Made by a program: the position numbers and the translations under genes. From contig JBQTHI010000047.1 in assembly GCA_052390035.1 (NCBI GenBank), positions 1-62,321 on the forward strand: a DNA stretch of 62,321 nt, in the 5' to 3' direction. The DNA is from Actinomycetota bacterium (lineage in GTDB: Bacteria > Actinomycetota > Acidimicrobiia > Spongiisociales > ZC4RG35). Positions 17,584 to 25,946 of the stretch are shown piece after piece. The notes beneath the pieces are model-generated. The model saw nothing but the letters and a program-made list of their open reading frames with translations, had not been told where the DNA came from and made no database searches. Every line of letters begins with the position of its first letter. Within the stretch, counting starts at the first letter, position 1.

Positions 17584-18288
17584 ATGGGCGCCTCGGAGCC
17601 GACCACGCCGACAGGGAACGAACCCGAGCAGATGCGCCGGCTGGTCAACGATTACATACGCACCGTCCACCTCGCTTACACGTCCCAGGCGAAGACCCAG
17701 CCACCCGCGGTGCAAGGCCGGATGTTGCTGCTCGGCGACGCTTTCACAGTGGTGGCGGCCGCGGTCCGCAACCTCCACGTGATAGCCACCCGCGAGCGCC
17801 TCGGCCCTCTCCACGGTCAGGAAGTGGAGTGGCAAGAGTCGACCGAGTCGCTGTCCTGGACGATTCGGTTCTTCGATCCGATCGTCCTGCCCGCACTGGG
17901 TTTCATCGACGAGTCGGTCGCACCCGCTCCCGACATGGTGAGGCGGGCGCTGGGGATCACCACCCATCTCTACCACCTGATCGTCCAGCCTGGCAGTCAG
18001 CTCACCCCCCACCACGCCGGCCATGCCGGCTCAGGGCTGGCCAATTCCCACGTGTCGGCTGCCCGTGACTTCGTGGCGATCCGGGCGGTGGCCAAGGGTC
18101 GAGAGAGCTTGGTCGACGAGATGGAGGGAGCGGCCGGCGCCGGCCTGATACGGGCGCAGGCCCTCCTGGCCCGGCAAATTGTCCCCCACGACCCGGAAGT
18201 CGGGCGGCTCGCCGAGAATCCAATGCCCGACGCCGATGTGGTGCGGAAGGCGCTGCTGTCCGCGGTCAGAGGGCCGGGAAGTGCCTGA
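17584..18288 (+). CDS. Hypothetical protein, first gene of the rightward catabolic operon (start could be 17632)
   Basis: Long ORF with typical codon usage, overlapping the IclR start. No motif recognised. Confidence 0.7.
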   Translation: MGASEPTTPTGNEPEQMRRLVNDYIRTVHLAYTSQAKTQPPAVQGRMLLLGDAFTVVAAAVRNLHVIATRERLGPLHGQEVEWQESTESLSWTIRFFDPIVLPALGFIDESVAPAPDMVRRALGITTHLYHLIVQPGSQLTPHHAGHAGSGLANSHVSAARDFVAIRAVAKGRESLVDEMEGAAGAGLIRAQALLARQIVPHDPEVGRLAENPMPDADVVRKALLSAVRGPGSA

Positions 18289-19063
18289 GTCCACCGCACT
18301 CTCGTCGGTGCGGAATGCCGTCCGGGTACTGAAAGCGTTTACCGGAGCCCGGCGGTATTTCGGCGTGTCGGAGCTCGCCAGACATCTCGGGCTTTCGAGC
18401 TCAACGGTTCACCGGCTGCTGACAACCCTCGAGTCCGAGCATCTGATCGAGCAGGACGAGGCTACCGGCAAATATGGGCTTGGGCTGGCGGTGTTCGACA
18501 TCGCCGCCGCCGCCGCCCCCGGCTACGACCTGTCCAACGCCCTCTTGGCTCCGATGACGATCCTCCGCAACCGCACAGGTGAGACTGTCCACGTGGCGGT
18601 GCTCGACGGACGACAGGTGGTGTACATCGAGCGCCTCGACAGCCCCCACACCCTTCGATACTTTCTGGAACAAATCGGCCGGCGAAATTGGGCTCATTGC
18701 ACATCGACCGGCAAGGTGTTGCTCTCCTATCTGCCGGAGACGGTGCTCGATCGCCTGCTCGACGGCTGGGAGCTACCGGCCCTGACCCCGCACACCATCA
18801 CCGACCGCGAACTTCTCAAGAAAGAACTGGCCGAGGCGCGAGACCTCGGCTACGCCCAGAACAATGGCGAGTCAGAGCCTGAGACGATGAGCATCGGAGC
18901 CCCGATCCGCGACTCGGCCGGTCGGGTGATCGCCGCCATGAGTGTCGCCGGTCCGGCGGGCCGCATGTTCCCCGAGGCTCGGGCGCTTCGGTTCGCAGTC
19001 CTGGAAGCAGCCGGGGCGGCGTCGCGCCGACTCGGTTATCAGCCACGAAGGACACTCAGATGA
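18281..19063 (+). CDS. IclR family transcriptional regulator
   Basis: LSSVRNAVRVL, wHTH GVSELARHLGLSSSTVHRLL, TGETVH, HCTSTGKVLL and SIGAPI. Confidence 0.93.
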   Translation: MPESTALSSVRNAVRVLKAFTGARRYFGVSELARHLGLSSSTVHRLLTTLESEHLIEQDEATGKYGLGLAVFDIAAAAAPGYDLSNALLAPMTILRNRTGETVHVAVLDGRQVVYIERLDSPHTLRYFLEQIGRRNWAHCTSTGKVLLSYLPETVLDRLLDGWELPALTPHTITDRELLKKELAEARDLGYAQNNGESEPETMSIGAPIRDSAGRVIAAMSVAGPAGRMFPEARALRFAVLEAAGAASRRLGYQPRRTLR

Positions 19064-19836
19064 AGACTTCGACCCCGTGGGCAGAGATCCTCTACGAGGC
19101 CTGGGCCCAGCGCGCTCCGATCGATCCGCTGACCGAGTCCGAGCCAGGCCTCGACGTGGCGGAGGCGTATCGGATCCAGCAGGAATACGTCTCGCTGCTC
19201 GCCGGCAAGCAAGGAGCGGTGATCGGCTACAAGCTGGGGCTCACCTCCCGGCCGATGCAGGAGATGATGGAGGTCGACCAGCCCGACTTCGGGCCGGTGC
19301 TATCCAACATGGTCTTCGCCGATGGGGTGACAGTCGACCTCGACAGATACATCCAGCCCCGAGTAGAAGCGGAGATCGCCCTCTATCTATCGGCGCCGTT
19401 GGAGGGGCCGGGAGTGACCACCTCCGCCGCCGCCGCCGCCATCACCGGGGCGGTGGGGGCAATCGAGATGGTCGACAGTCGCATCAAAGACTGGAAGATC
19501 CGCCTCGTCGACACCATCGCCGACCTGGCCAGCTCGGCCGCCACAGTTCTTTCGTCGCGGATTGTGGCGATTGACGGATGGGACCCACGACTGTGCGGGA
19601 TGGCCATTTCGAAGAACGGCGTGACAGTCGACACCGGAGCAGGCGCTGCCGCGCTCGGCAACCCGGTGGCCGCCGTGGCCTGGCTGGCCAACACCCTGGC
19701 TCCTTTCGAAGTATCCCTGCAACCCGGCTGGTTCGTGATGACCGGTGCGCTCCATCGGGCCTTTCCAGTGGCGAAGGGAGACGAAGTGACGGCCGAGTTC
19801 GACCGACTCGGCCCGGTCACGATGAGCTTTGTCTGA
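19060..19836 (+). CDS. mhpD: 2-keto-4-pentenoate (2-hydroxypenta-2,4-dienoate) hydratase
   Basis: GYKLGLTS, QPDFG, PRVEAEIA, DSRIKDWKI and DTIAD; meta-pathway context. Confidence 0.85.
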   Translation: MKTSTPWAEILYEAWAQRAPIDPLTESEPGLDVAEAYRIQQEYVSLLAGKQGAVIGYKLGLTSRPMQEMMEVDQPDFGPVLSNMVFADGVTVDLDRYIQPRVEAEIALYLSAPLEGPGVTTSAAAAAITGAVGAIEMVDSRIKDWKIRLVDTIADLASSAATVLSSRIVAIDGWDPRLCGMAISKNGVTVDTGAGAAALGNPVAAVAWLANTLAPFEVSLQPGWFVMTGALHRAFPVAKGDEVTAEFDRLGPVTMSFV

Positions 19837-19863
19837 TGACAGTCCGTTGATCAAGGAGACCAA

Positions 19864-20712
19864 TTGACCAAGGTAGGTTGCGCCATTGTCGGGTCGGGCA
19901 ACATCGGTACCGACCTCATGTTCAAACTCACCCGGTCCCCGATCCTCGATTTGAGGGCGTTGGTCGGGGTCGATCCCGATTCGGAGGGGCTGGCCATGGC
20001 CCGCTCGCTCGGGATCGATGCCACCCACGAGGGGGTCGACTGGCTGATGGACCGAGCCGGCGAGTACCGCATCGTGTTCGAGGCCACCTCGGCATGGGTG
20101 CATCGGACCAACGCCCCCCGCTACCAAGAGGCGGGGCTGCGGGCGGTGGACCTCACTCCCGCCAAACTCGGTCCGCTGGTTGTGCCCCCGGTCAATCTCG
20201 AGCGTCACCTCGACGCCCCCAACGTGAACCTCATCACCTGCGGCGGCCAGGCGACGACGCCCATCGTCTATGCGGTGTCCCGAGTATGCGAAGTGCCATA
20301 CGCCGAAATCGTCTCGACCGTGGCCTCCACTTCGGCCGGTCCGGGAACCCGCCAGAACATCGACGAGTTCACCAAGACGACCTCCGCCGCCCTGGTCGAG
20401 GTCGGGGGAGCTCGCCATGGAAAGGCGATCATGGTCCTCAACCCCGCCGAGCCCCCCATCCTCATGCGTAACACGGTCTTCTGTGCTCTCGGCGACGGTC
20501 ATGACCGGGAGGAGGTGGCTCAATCCATCCTCGATATGGTCGAAGAGGTGGCGTTCTACGTGCCCGGTTACCGGATGAAAAACGCGCCGGTCTTCGACGA
20601 GGACCTGTTCTCGACTCCGGGAGGTGAGGTCAAAGCCCGAGTGGTGGCGTTGCTCGAGGTGGAAGGAGCGGGTGACTACTTCCCGCCTTACGCCGGCAAC
20701 TCGACATCATGA
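19864..20712 (+). CDS. dmpF: Acylating acetaldehyde dehydrogenase. A 1-nt deletion near 20700 truncates it; the intact gene would end at 20774.
   Basis: [19 protein letters not shown] and [13 protein letters not shown]. After YAGN the conserved DIMTASA continues in another frame. Confidence 0.9.
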   Translation: MTKVGCAIVGSGNIGTDLMFKLTRSPILDLRALVGVDPDSEGLAMARSLGIDATHEGVDWLMDRAGEYRIVFEATSAWVHRTNAPRYQEAGLRAVDLTPAKLGPLVVPPVNLERHLDAPNVNLITCGGQATTPIVYAVSRVCEVPYAEIVSTVASTSAGPGTRQNIDEFTKTTSAALVEVGGARHGKAIMVLNPAEPPILMRNTVFCALGDGHDREEVAQSILDMVEEVAFYVPGYRMKNAPVFDEDLFSTPGGEVKARVVALLEVEGAGDYFPPYAGNSTS

Positions 20713-20770
20713 CCGCCTCGGCGATGCGGGTCGGTGAGGCCATCGCCCAAAGCCTCGATGGAGGAGCGCG

Positions 20771-21802
20771 ATGAACCCTCGCTTTCGGCTGACCGACTCG
20801 ACCCTCCGCGACGGCTCCCACGCCGTCGCCCACCAGTTCAATGAGCAACAGGTCCGCCGAGTAGTGCGGGCGCTCGATGCGGCGGGGGTGCCGGTGATCG
20901 AGGTGTCCCATGGAGATGGGGTGGGGGGTTCGTCCTTCAACTACGGGTTCAGCCATACCAACGAGATGGATCTGATCAAAGCGGCGGTGGCCGAGACGGA
21001 GCAGGCCAAGATCGCGGTTCTGATGGTGCCGGGGATCGGGACCAAACAGGACCTGCGGGCGGCTGCTCAGGCCGGGGCCAGGGTGGCGCGGATCGCCACC
21101 CACTGCACCGAGGCCGACATCTCCCAACAGCACCTGGCCCTCGCCCACGAACTGGGGATGGAGGCGGTCGGTTTTCTGATGATGGCTTCGATGATCGACC
21201 CGAAACGGCTCGCCGAGGAAGCGAAAAAGATGGAGTCCTACGGAGCCGACGCGGTCTACGTGGTCGACTCCGCTGGTGCGATGACAATCGACGACGCCCG
21301 CCGCCGGGTGTCGGCGGTGAAGGCCGCGGTCGGCTGCCAGGTGGGGATCCACGCCCACAACAACCTCTCCCTGGCCGTGGCCAACAGCCTGGCCGCATTG
21401 GAGGAGGGGGCCGACCAGGTCGACGGGTGTACCACCGGCCTCGGGGCCGGTGCAGGCAACTGCCCCACCGAGGCGTTGGTGGCGGCCTGCGAGAAGTCGG
21501 GCATCCCCACCGGGATCGACACCCTGCGAATCATGGACGCGGCCGAGGAGGCGGTGCGACCGCTGCGGCCCGAACAGGGGGTGCTCGATCGGGATGGGCT
21601 GCTGCTCGGTTACGCCGGCGTCTACGGGTCGTTCCTGCTTCACGCCAAACGCGCCGCCGATCGTTACGGAGTCGACTCCAAAGAGATCCTGCTCGAGCTG
21701 GGACGCCGAAAGGTGGTCGGGGGCCAAGAGGACATGATCATCGACGTGGCCGTCGAACTGCAGAGGAAGGCGGCCGCCGCCCACGACGCGTCTCTCCCGT
21801 GA
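20771..21802 (+). CDS. dmpG: 4-hydroxy-2-oxovalerate aldolase
   Basis: [28 protein letters not shown] and [10 protein letters not shown]. Confidence 0.95.
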   Translation: MNPRFRLTDSTLRDGSHAVAHQFNEQQVRRVVRALDAAGVPVIEVSHGDGVGGSSFNYGFSHTNEMDLIKAAVAETEQAKIAVLMVPGIGTKQDLRAAAQAGARVARIATHCTEADISQQHLALAHELGMEAVGFLMMASMIDPKRLAEEAKKMESYGADAVYVVDSAGAMTIDDARRRVSAVKAAVGCQVGIHAHNNLSLAVANSLAALEEGADQVDGCTTGLGAGAGNCPTEALVAACEKSGIPTGIDTLRIMDAAEEAVRPLRPEQGVLDRDGLLLGYAGVYGSFLLHAKRAADRYGVDSKEILLELGRRKVVGGQEDMIIDVAVELQRKAAAAHDASLP

Positions 21803-21812
21803 CTCAACTCTG

Positions 21813-22577
21813 ATGACATCCGAAGCCGCCCTCAACGACTTGGCCGATCGCCTGGTCTGGGCGGTGCGAAGCCGAACCGCTCTCGACCCCGGCGACTCGG
21901 AACTGTCGCCCGACGATGCCTACGAGGTCCAGGACCGGGTGATTGCCGCCCTCGGGGGCGGAGTGGAGGCGGCCAAGCTCGGGCTGACTTCGCGTGCGAA
22001 GCAGGAGCAGATGAAGGTCTCCGAGCCGAGCTACGGGTGGCTGCTTGCGGGTTCGCGGATCGAGCCCGCCCGACCGCTCATCGCTGCCGAACTGATTCAG
22101 CCCCGGGCCGAGCCGGAGATCGCATTCCGGATCGGCCGGAACCTCCACGGTCCGGAGATGACCGCGAATGAGGTGCTCGACGCCACCGAGGCGGTGATGC
22201 CGGCGATCGACATCCTCGACTCCCGCTACGCAGGGTACCGGTTCACGCTGCCCGATGTCATCGCCGACAACGCCTCGGCCGCCCGTTATGCCGTGGGCCC
22301 AGGGCGGCCGGTCGACGAGGTCGATCTGCGCCTGGTGGGCTGTGTCTTCACCAAGAACGGCCAGCTCCAGGCGACCGCCGCCGGAGCGGCGGTCCTCGAT
22401 CATCCGGCGGCGGCGGTGGCCTGGTTCGTGAGAAAACTCTGGGAGCGGAGGCGGCGGCTGGCGCCGGGGGCATTGGTGCTCTCCGGAGCCCTGACCGCGG
22501 CGGTGGCCATCGCTCCCGGCGACGTGGTCACCGTTGAAATCGACCGGGTCGGATCGGTGGAGGTCGAAGTGCGATGA
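21813..22577 (+). CDS. dmpH: 4-oxalocrotonate decarboxylase
   Basis: KLGLTSRAKQEQM, DSRYAGYRFTLPDVIADNAS and AAGAAVLDHPA. Confidence 0.85.
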   Translation: MTSEAALNDLADRLVWAVRSRTALDPGDSELSPDDAYEVQDRVIAALGGGVEAAKLGLTSRAKQEQMKVSEPSYGWLLAGSRIEPARPLIAAELIQPRAEPEIAFRIGRNLHGPEMTANEVLDATEAVMPAIDILDSRYAGYRFTLPDVIADNASAARYAVGPGRPVDEVDLRLVGCVFTKNGQLQATAAGAAVLDHPAAAVAWFVRKLWERRRRLAPGALVLSGALTAAVAIAPGDVVTVEIDRVGSVEVEVR

Positions 22578-22580
22578 TCC

Positions 22581-22602
22581 CCACCGTCCCGCATAGCGGA
22601 AC
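22581..22602. promoter_or_regulatory. Second copy of the palindromic operator, upstream of the tautomerase
   Basis: CCACCGTCCCGC-ATA-GCGGAAC, identical to 17479-17500 except the 3-nt spacer. Confidence 0.65.
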
Positions 22603-22656
22603 CTCACTCCCCTATTTGGGAAGGGAAGGGTACCTTCGAGGCGAGAAAGGATCTCG

Positions 22657-22881
22657 ATGCCACTGGTCTACATCAACCTGATGGAGGGAAGACCTCCCGC
22701 CAAAATAGAGAAAATGATCACCGCCGTGTCCGAGGCGATCGCCTCTTCTTTGGAAGCTCCCATCGACACAGTGAGAGTGATGGTCTACGAGATGGCGCCA
22801 CACCAATACGGGGTCGGGGGTAAGCCCTTCACCGAGGTCATAGCGGAAAGAGCAGCCAAGGGCTCTGAGGGCGATCCATGA
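22657..22881 (+). CDS. dmpI: 4-oxalocrotonate tautomerase
   Basis: N-terminal Pro-1 (MPLVYINLMEGR), VRV and YGVGG; 74 aa. Confidence 0.9.
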   Translation: MPLVYINLMEGRPPAKIEKMITAVSEAIASSLEAPIDTVRVMVYEMAPHQYGVGGKPFTEVIAERAAKGSEGDP

Positions 22882-24326
22882 AAACCATTCTCCACTTCAT
22901 CGGTGGCGAGTTCGTCGAATCGGCTGACGGTGGCGCCTTCCCTTCGATCAGCCCGATTGATAACACTCAGATCGCCGAAGTGGCGGAGGGCGGTGGACCC
23001 GATGTCGAGCGGGCGGTGGCCTCCGCCCGGGATGCGTTCGAAGCTTGGGCAGTGACAAACCCGACCGCCCGCAAGCGGATATTGCAGAAGGTCGCCGACG
23101 GCATCGAGGCACGTGCCGACGAGTTGTCGGAATGGGAGACCCGCGACATGGGGAAACCCATTTCCGACGCTTTGGGCAAAGACGTCCCGCGGGCTGCCTA
23201 CAACTTCCGTTTCTTTGCGGACTACGCCGAGCACGCCGGCACCCGCGCCTACGACAAGGGCTGGGACAACACGTTCGGCTACGAGCTGCGCGAGCCGATC
23301 GGGGTGGTGGCGGCGATCTCCCCGTGGAACTTCCCGCTGATGCTGCTCACCTGGAAGGTGGCGCCCGCGCTTGCTTTTGGTTGCACGGTCGTGGCCAAAC
23401 CGGCCGAGCAATCCCCGATCACGGCGTCGATCCTCGCCGAAATCTGCGCCGAGGCCGGGGTGCCCGATGGGGTGTTCAACGTGGTCCACGGCTTCGGGCC
23501 AGAGGCCGCAGGGGAGGCATTGACCAGACACCCCGATGTCGCCGCCATCACCTTTACCGGTGAGTCCAATACCGGTAAGGCGATCATGTCGGCGGCGGCC
23601 GCCGGGCTGAAGAAGCTGTCTTTCGAGCTGGGAGGAAAGTCGGCTTCGATTGTTTGCGCCGACGCCGATCTCGACGCCGCCGTGACCGGTTCCCTCGAAG
23701 GGGTGTTTCTGAACCAGGGTGAGATCTGCCTCGCCGGCTCCCGGATTTTCGTGCAACGCCCGGTTTACGAGGAGTTCTGCGCTCGGTTCGTGGAGGGCGC
23801 CGAGTCGTGGAAGGTCGGCGATCCCCTCGACCCCACCACCCGCATGGGCCCGCTTGTCTCCTCTGAACACATTGACAAGGTGCTCTCCTACATCGACCTT
23901 GCCCAGCGGGAGGGGGCCAAGATGCTCACCGGAGGCCATCGGCTTACAGATGGAAAGCTGGCCCGTGGCAACTTTCTTGCCCCGACGGTCTTCGCTGACG
24001 TCGACAACTCGATGCGGGCGGCGCGTGAGGAGATCTTTGGCCCGGTGGCCGTCGTCTTGCCCTTCGACGAAACCGACGAGGCAGTTGCCGCTGCCAACGA
24101 CTCCCCTTACGGACTGGCCGGAATGGTATGGACCAAGAACCTTGACACGGCACATCGCTTGGCCCGTGGGGTGAAAGCCGGCAATATCTGGGTCAACTGC
24201 TTCTTCGTTCGTGACCTGCGCCTACCCTTCGGCGGCTACAAAGACTCGGGGGTGGGACGAGAGGGCGGGGAATACTCCTACGAGTTCTTCACCGAGTCGA
24301 AGGCCGTAGTCATCAAGCTCGACTGA
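22878..24326 (+). CDS. dmpC: 2-hydroxymuconic semialdehyde dehydrogenase
   Basis: ALDH motifs ISPWNFPLMLLTWKVAPAL, FTGES, FELGGK, NQGEICL and VRDLRLPFGG. Confidence 0.9.
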   Translation: MKTILHFIGGEFVESADGGAFPSISPIDNTQIAEVAEGGGPDVERAVASARDAFEAWAVTNPTARKRILQKVADGIEARADELSEWETRDMGKPISDALGKDVPRAAYNFRFFADYAEHAGTRAYDKGWDNTFGYELREPIGVVAAISPWNFPLMLLTWKVAPALAFGCTVVAKPAEQSPITASILAEICAEAGVPDGVFNVVHGFGPEAAGEALTRHPDVAAITFTGESNTGKAIMSAAAAGLKKLSFELGGKSASIVCADADLDAAVTGSLEGVFLNQGEICLAGSRIFVQRPVYEEFCARFVEGAESWKVGDPLDPTTRMGPLVSSEHIDKVLSYIDLAQREGAKMLTGGHRLTDGKLARGNFLAPTVFADVDNSMRAAREEIFGPVAVVLPFDETDEAVAAANDSPYGLAGMVWTKNLDTAHRLARGVKAGNIWVNCFFVRDLRLPFGGYKDSGVGREGGEYSYEFFTESKAVVIKLD

Positions 24327-24327
24327 G

Positions 24328-24690
24328 ATGCGTATCGGGGCGGGGCCGGTCGAAGCAATTCCAACCAAACACTGCGTCGCCGTTGGCGACGGCAAGGCCG
24401 TGGTAGTGAGAATCCGGGGAGAGGTGGTCGCCTTCCCCAACCGCTGCCTCCACCAGAACTCACCATTGGCGGACGGTGTTGTGCTCGACGGGATTCTCAT
24501 CTGCCCGATGCACTTCTGGAGATACCGGCTTCCCGAGGGAACCCATATCGGCAGCGGGAGCAGGCTGGCGGCCTATCCGGTCGAGATCGTCGGCGGCGAG
24601 GTGTTCATCGAGGTGCCCGATCCGGAGCCCAAGCTTTCCATGCGCGACCTCCTCCTCAAGCACGCCCGGGAGTGGGCGCCCAATCGATAG
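24328..24690 (+). CDS. Rieske [2Fe-2S] ferredoxin
   Basis: NRCLHQ...LICPMHFW Rieske motif; 120 aa. Confidence 0.85.
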   Translation: MRIGAGPVEAIPTKHCVAVGDGKAVVVRIRGEVVAFPNRCLHQNSPLADGVVLDGILICPMHFWRYRLPEGTHIGSGSRLAAYPVEIVGGEVFIEVPDPEPKLSMRDLLLKHAREWAPNR

Positions 24691-24757
24691 AGCCGCAGCA
24701 ATTGGTCGGCCAGCCAATCCATCCGGCCGATCGCTGGCAGTCTTGTACCCCTTGGAG

Positions 24758-24802
24758 TTGGCGATGTTCACATGCGGTGATAATATTTTAACACACTACT
24801 AC
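24758..24802 (+). promoter_or_regulatory. Housekeeping sigma-type promoter of the his operon with adjacent candidate operator
   Basis: TTGGCG (24758-24763), N17, TAATAT (24781-24786) with extended -10 TG. Followed by AT-rich TTTTAACACACTACTAC. Confidence 0.55.
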
Positions 24803-24813
24803 AACGGATAGGC

Positions 24814-25110
24814 ATGACACTGGCAGACGACTGGCAGAACGAACAAACCACCGAGCTGTTCCGGGCAATTCTGGCTCTCCGCACCGGGGCCGAGGCGGCC
24901 GCTTTCTTCCGAGACCTTTGCACCCTTAAGGAGCTGGCCGATCTATCCCATCGCTGGGAAGTGGCCCAGCTGCTCGACGAGGGGCTGGCGTATCGCCAGA
25001 TCGCCGAACAGACCGGGGCCTCCACCGCCACGATCACCCGGATCAATCATTGGCTCCAGCATGGCGCCGGTGGCTACCGGCTGGTCCTCAACCGACTGAA
25101 GAAACGATGA
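24814..25110 (+). CDS. YerC/YecD family TrpR-related repressor (putative HisR)
   Basis: FFRDLCTLKEL...RWEVAQLL...YRQIAEQTGASTATITRI; first gene of the his operon. Confidence 0.88.
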   Translation: MTLADDWQNEQTTELFRAILALRTGAEAAAFFRDLCTLKELADLSHRWEVAQLLDEGLAYRQIAEQTGASTATITRINHWLQHGAGGYRLVLNRLKKR

Positions 25111-25946
25111 TCCGCCTGGCGCTCCCCAATAAGGGACGGCTGCAAGTCCCCACCGTCGAACTGCTACGAACTGCCGGCCTCGCATTCGAGGTTACCGACC
25201 GGGCACTGGCGGTGACCGCCCACAACGCTGACATCGAACTCCTCTTCGTACGGACCGAGGATGTGCCTGAGTTGGTGGCCGACGGCGTAGCCGACCTCGG
25301 GATAACCGGTCGCGACCTCCTGGCCGAGGCCGAGACACCGCTCATCGTCGTGGCCGAACTCGGTTACGGGCAATGCCGGCTGGCGGCTGCCGTGCCGGTG
25401 GCGTCGCCGGTGGAGAAGCTCGAGGACCTGGGCGGACATCGGGTGGCGACCGCGCATCCCCGGGCCACCTCCCGTTTCTTCCATGATCTGTCGATCCAGG
25501 TGAAGGTGATCCCCCTGCGGGGTTCGGTCGAGGTAGCACCAAAGCTGGGGGTCGCCGACGCCATCGTGGATCTGGTTTCGACCGGCTCGACCATGCTGGT
25601 CAACGGCCTCCGTGAAGTCGGGCTGGTGCTTGCTTCCCAGGCTGTATTGATCTCTAGCACTTCGGGTAATGGTATGGCCGGCCGGGTGGCGACTGCCCTG
25701 CGGGCGGTGGTGGCCGCTCGTCGCAAACGATATGTCTTGCTAAACGCACCGGGTTCGGCGGTTGAGCGGCTTTCTCGTCTCATTCCCGGGCTGGCTGCCC
25801 CAACCGTCGTACCGCTGGCCGAATCGGGGATGGTGGCGATGCATTCGGTGGTGGATGTCGACGAGATATGGAACCTGCTCCCCCACCTCGAGGAAGCAGG
25901 CGGCAGAGGCATCCTGGTCCTCCCCATCGAGCAGCTCGTGCCGTGA
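25107..25946 (+). CDS. hisG: ATP phosphoribosyltransferase (long form)
   Basis: LALPNKGRL, GSVEVAP, DAIVDLVSTGST and C-terminal regulatory domain. Confidence 0.93.
   Translation: MIRLALPNKGRLQVPTVELLRTAGLAFEVTDRALAVTAHNADIELLFVRTEDVPELVADGVADLGITGRDLLAEAETPLIVVAELGYGQCRLAAAVPVASPVEKLEDLGGHRVATAHPRATSRFFHDLSIQVKVIPLRGSVEVAPKLGVADAIVDLVSTGSTMLVNGLREVGLVLASQAVLISSTSGNGMAGRVATALRAVVAARRKRYVLLNAPGSAVERLSRLIPGLAAPTVVPLAESGMVAMHSVVDVDEIWNLLPHLEEAGGRGILVLPIEQLVP

Noticed and set aside
8600-24760. Catabolic cluster as an active mobile element
   Set aside because: No integrase, transposase, tRNA or terminal direct repeats were recognised, and no obvious compositional break was seen by eye.
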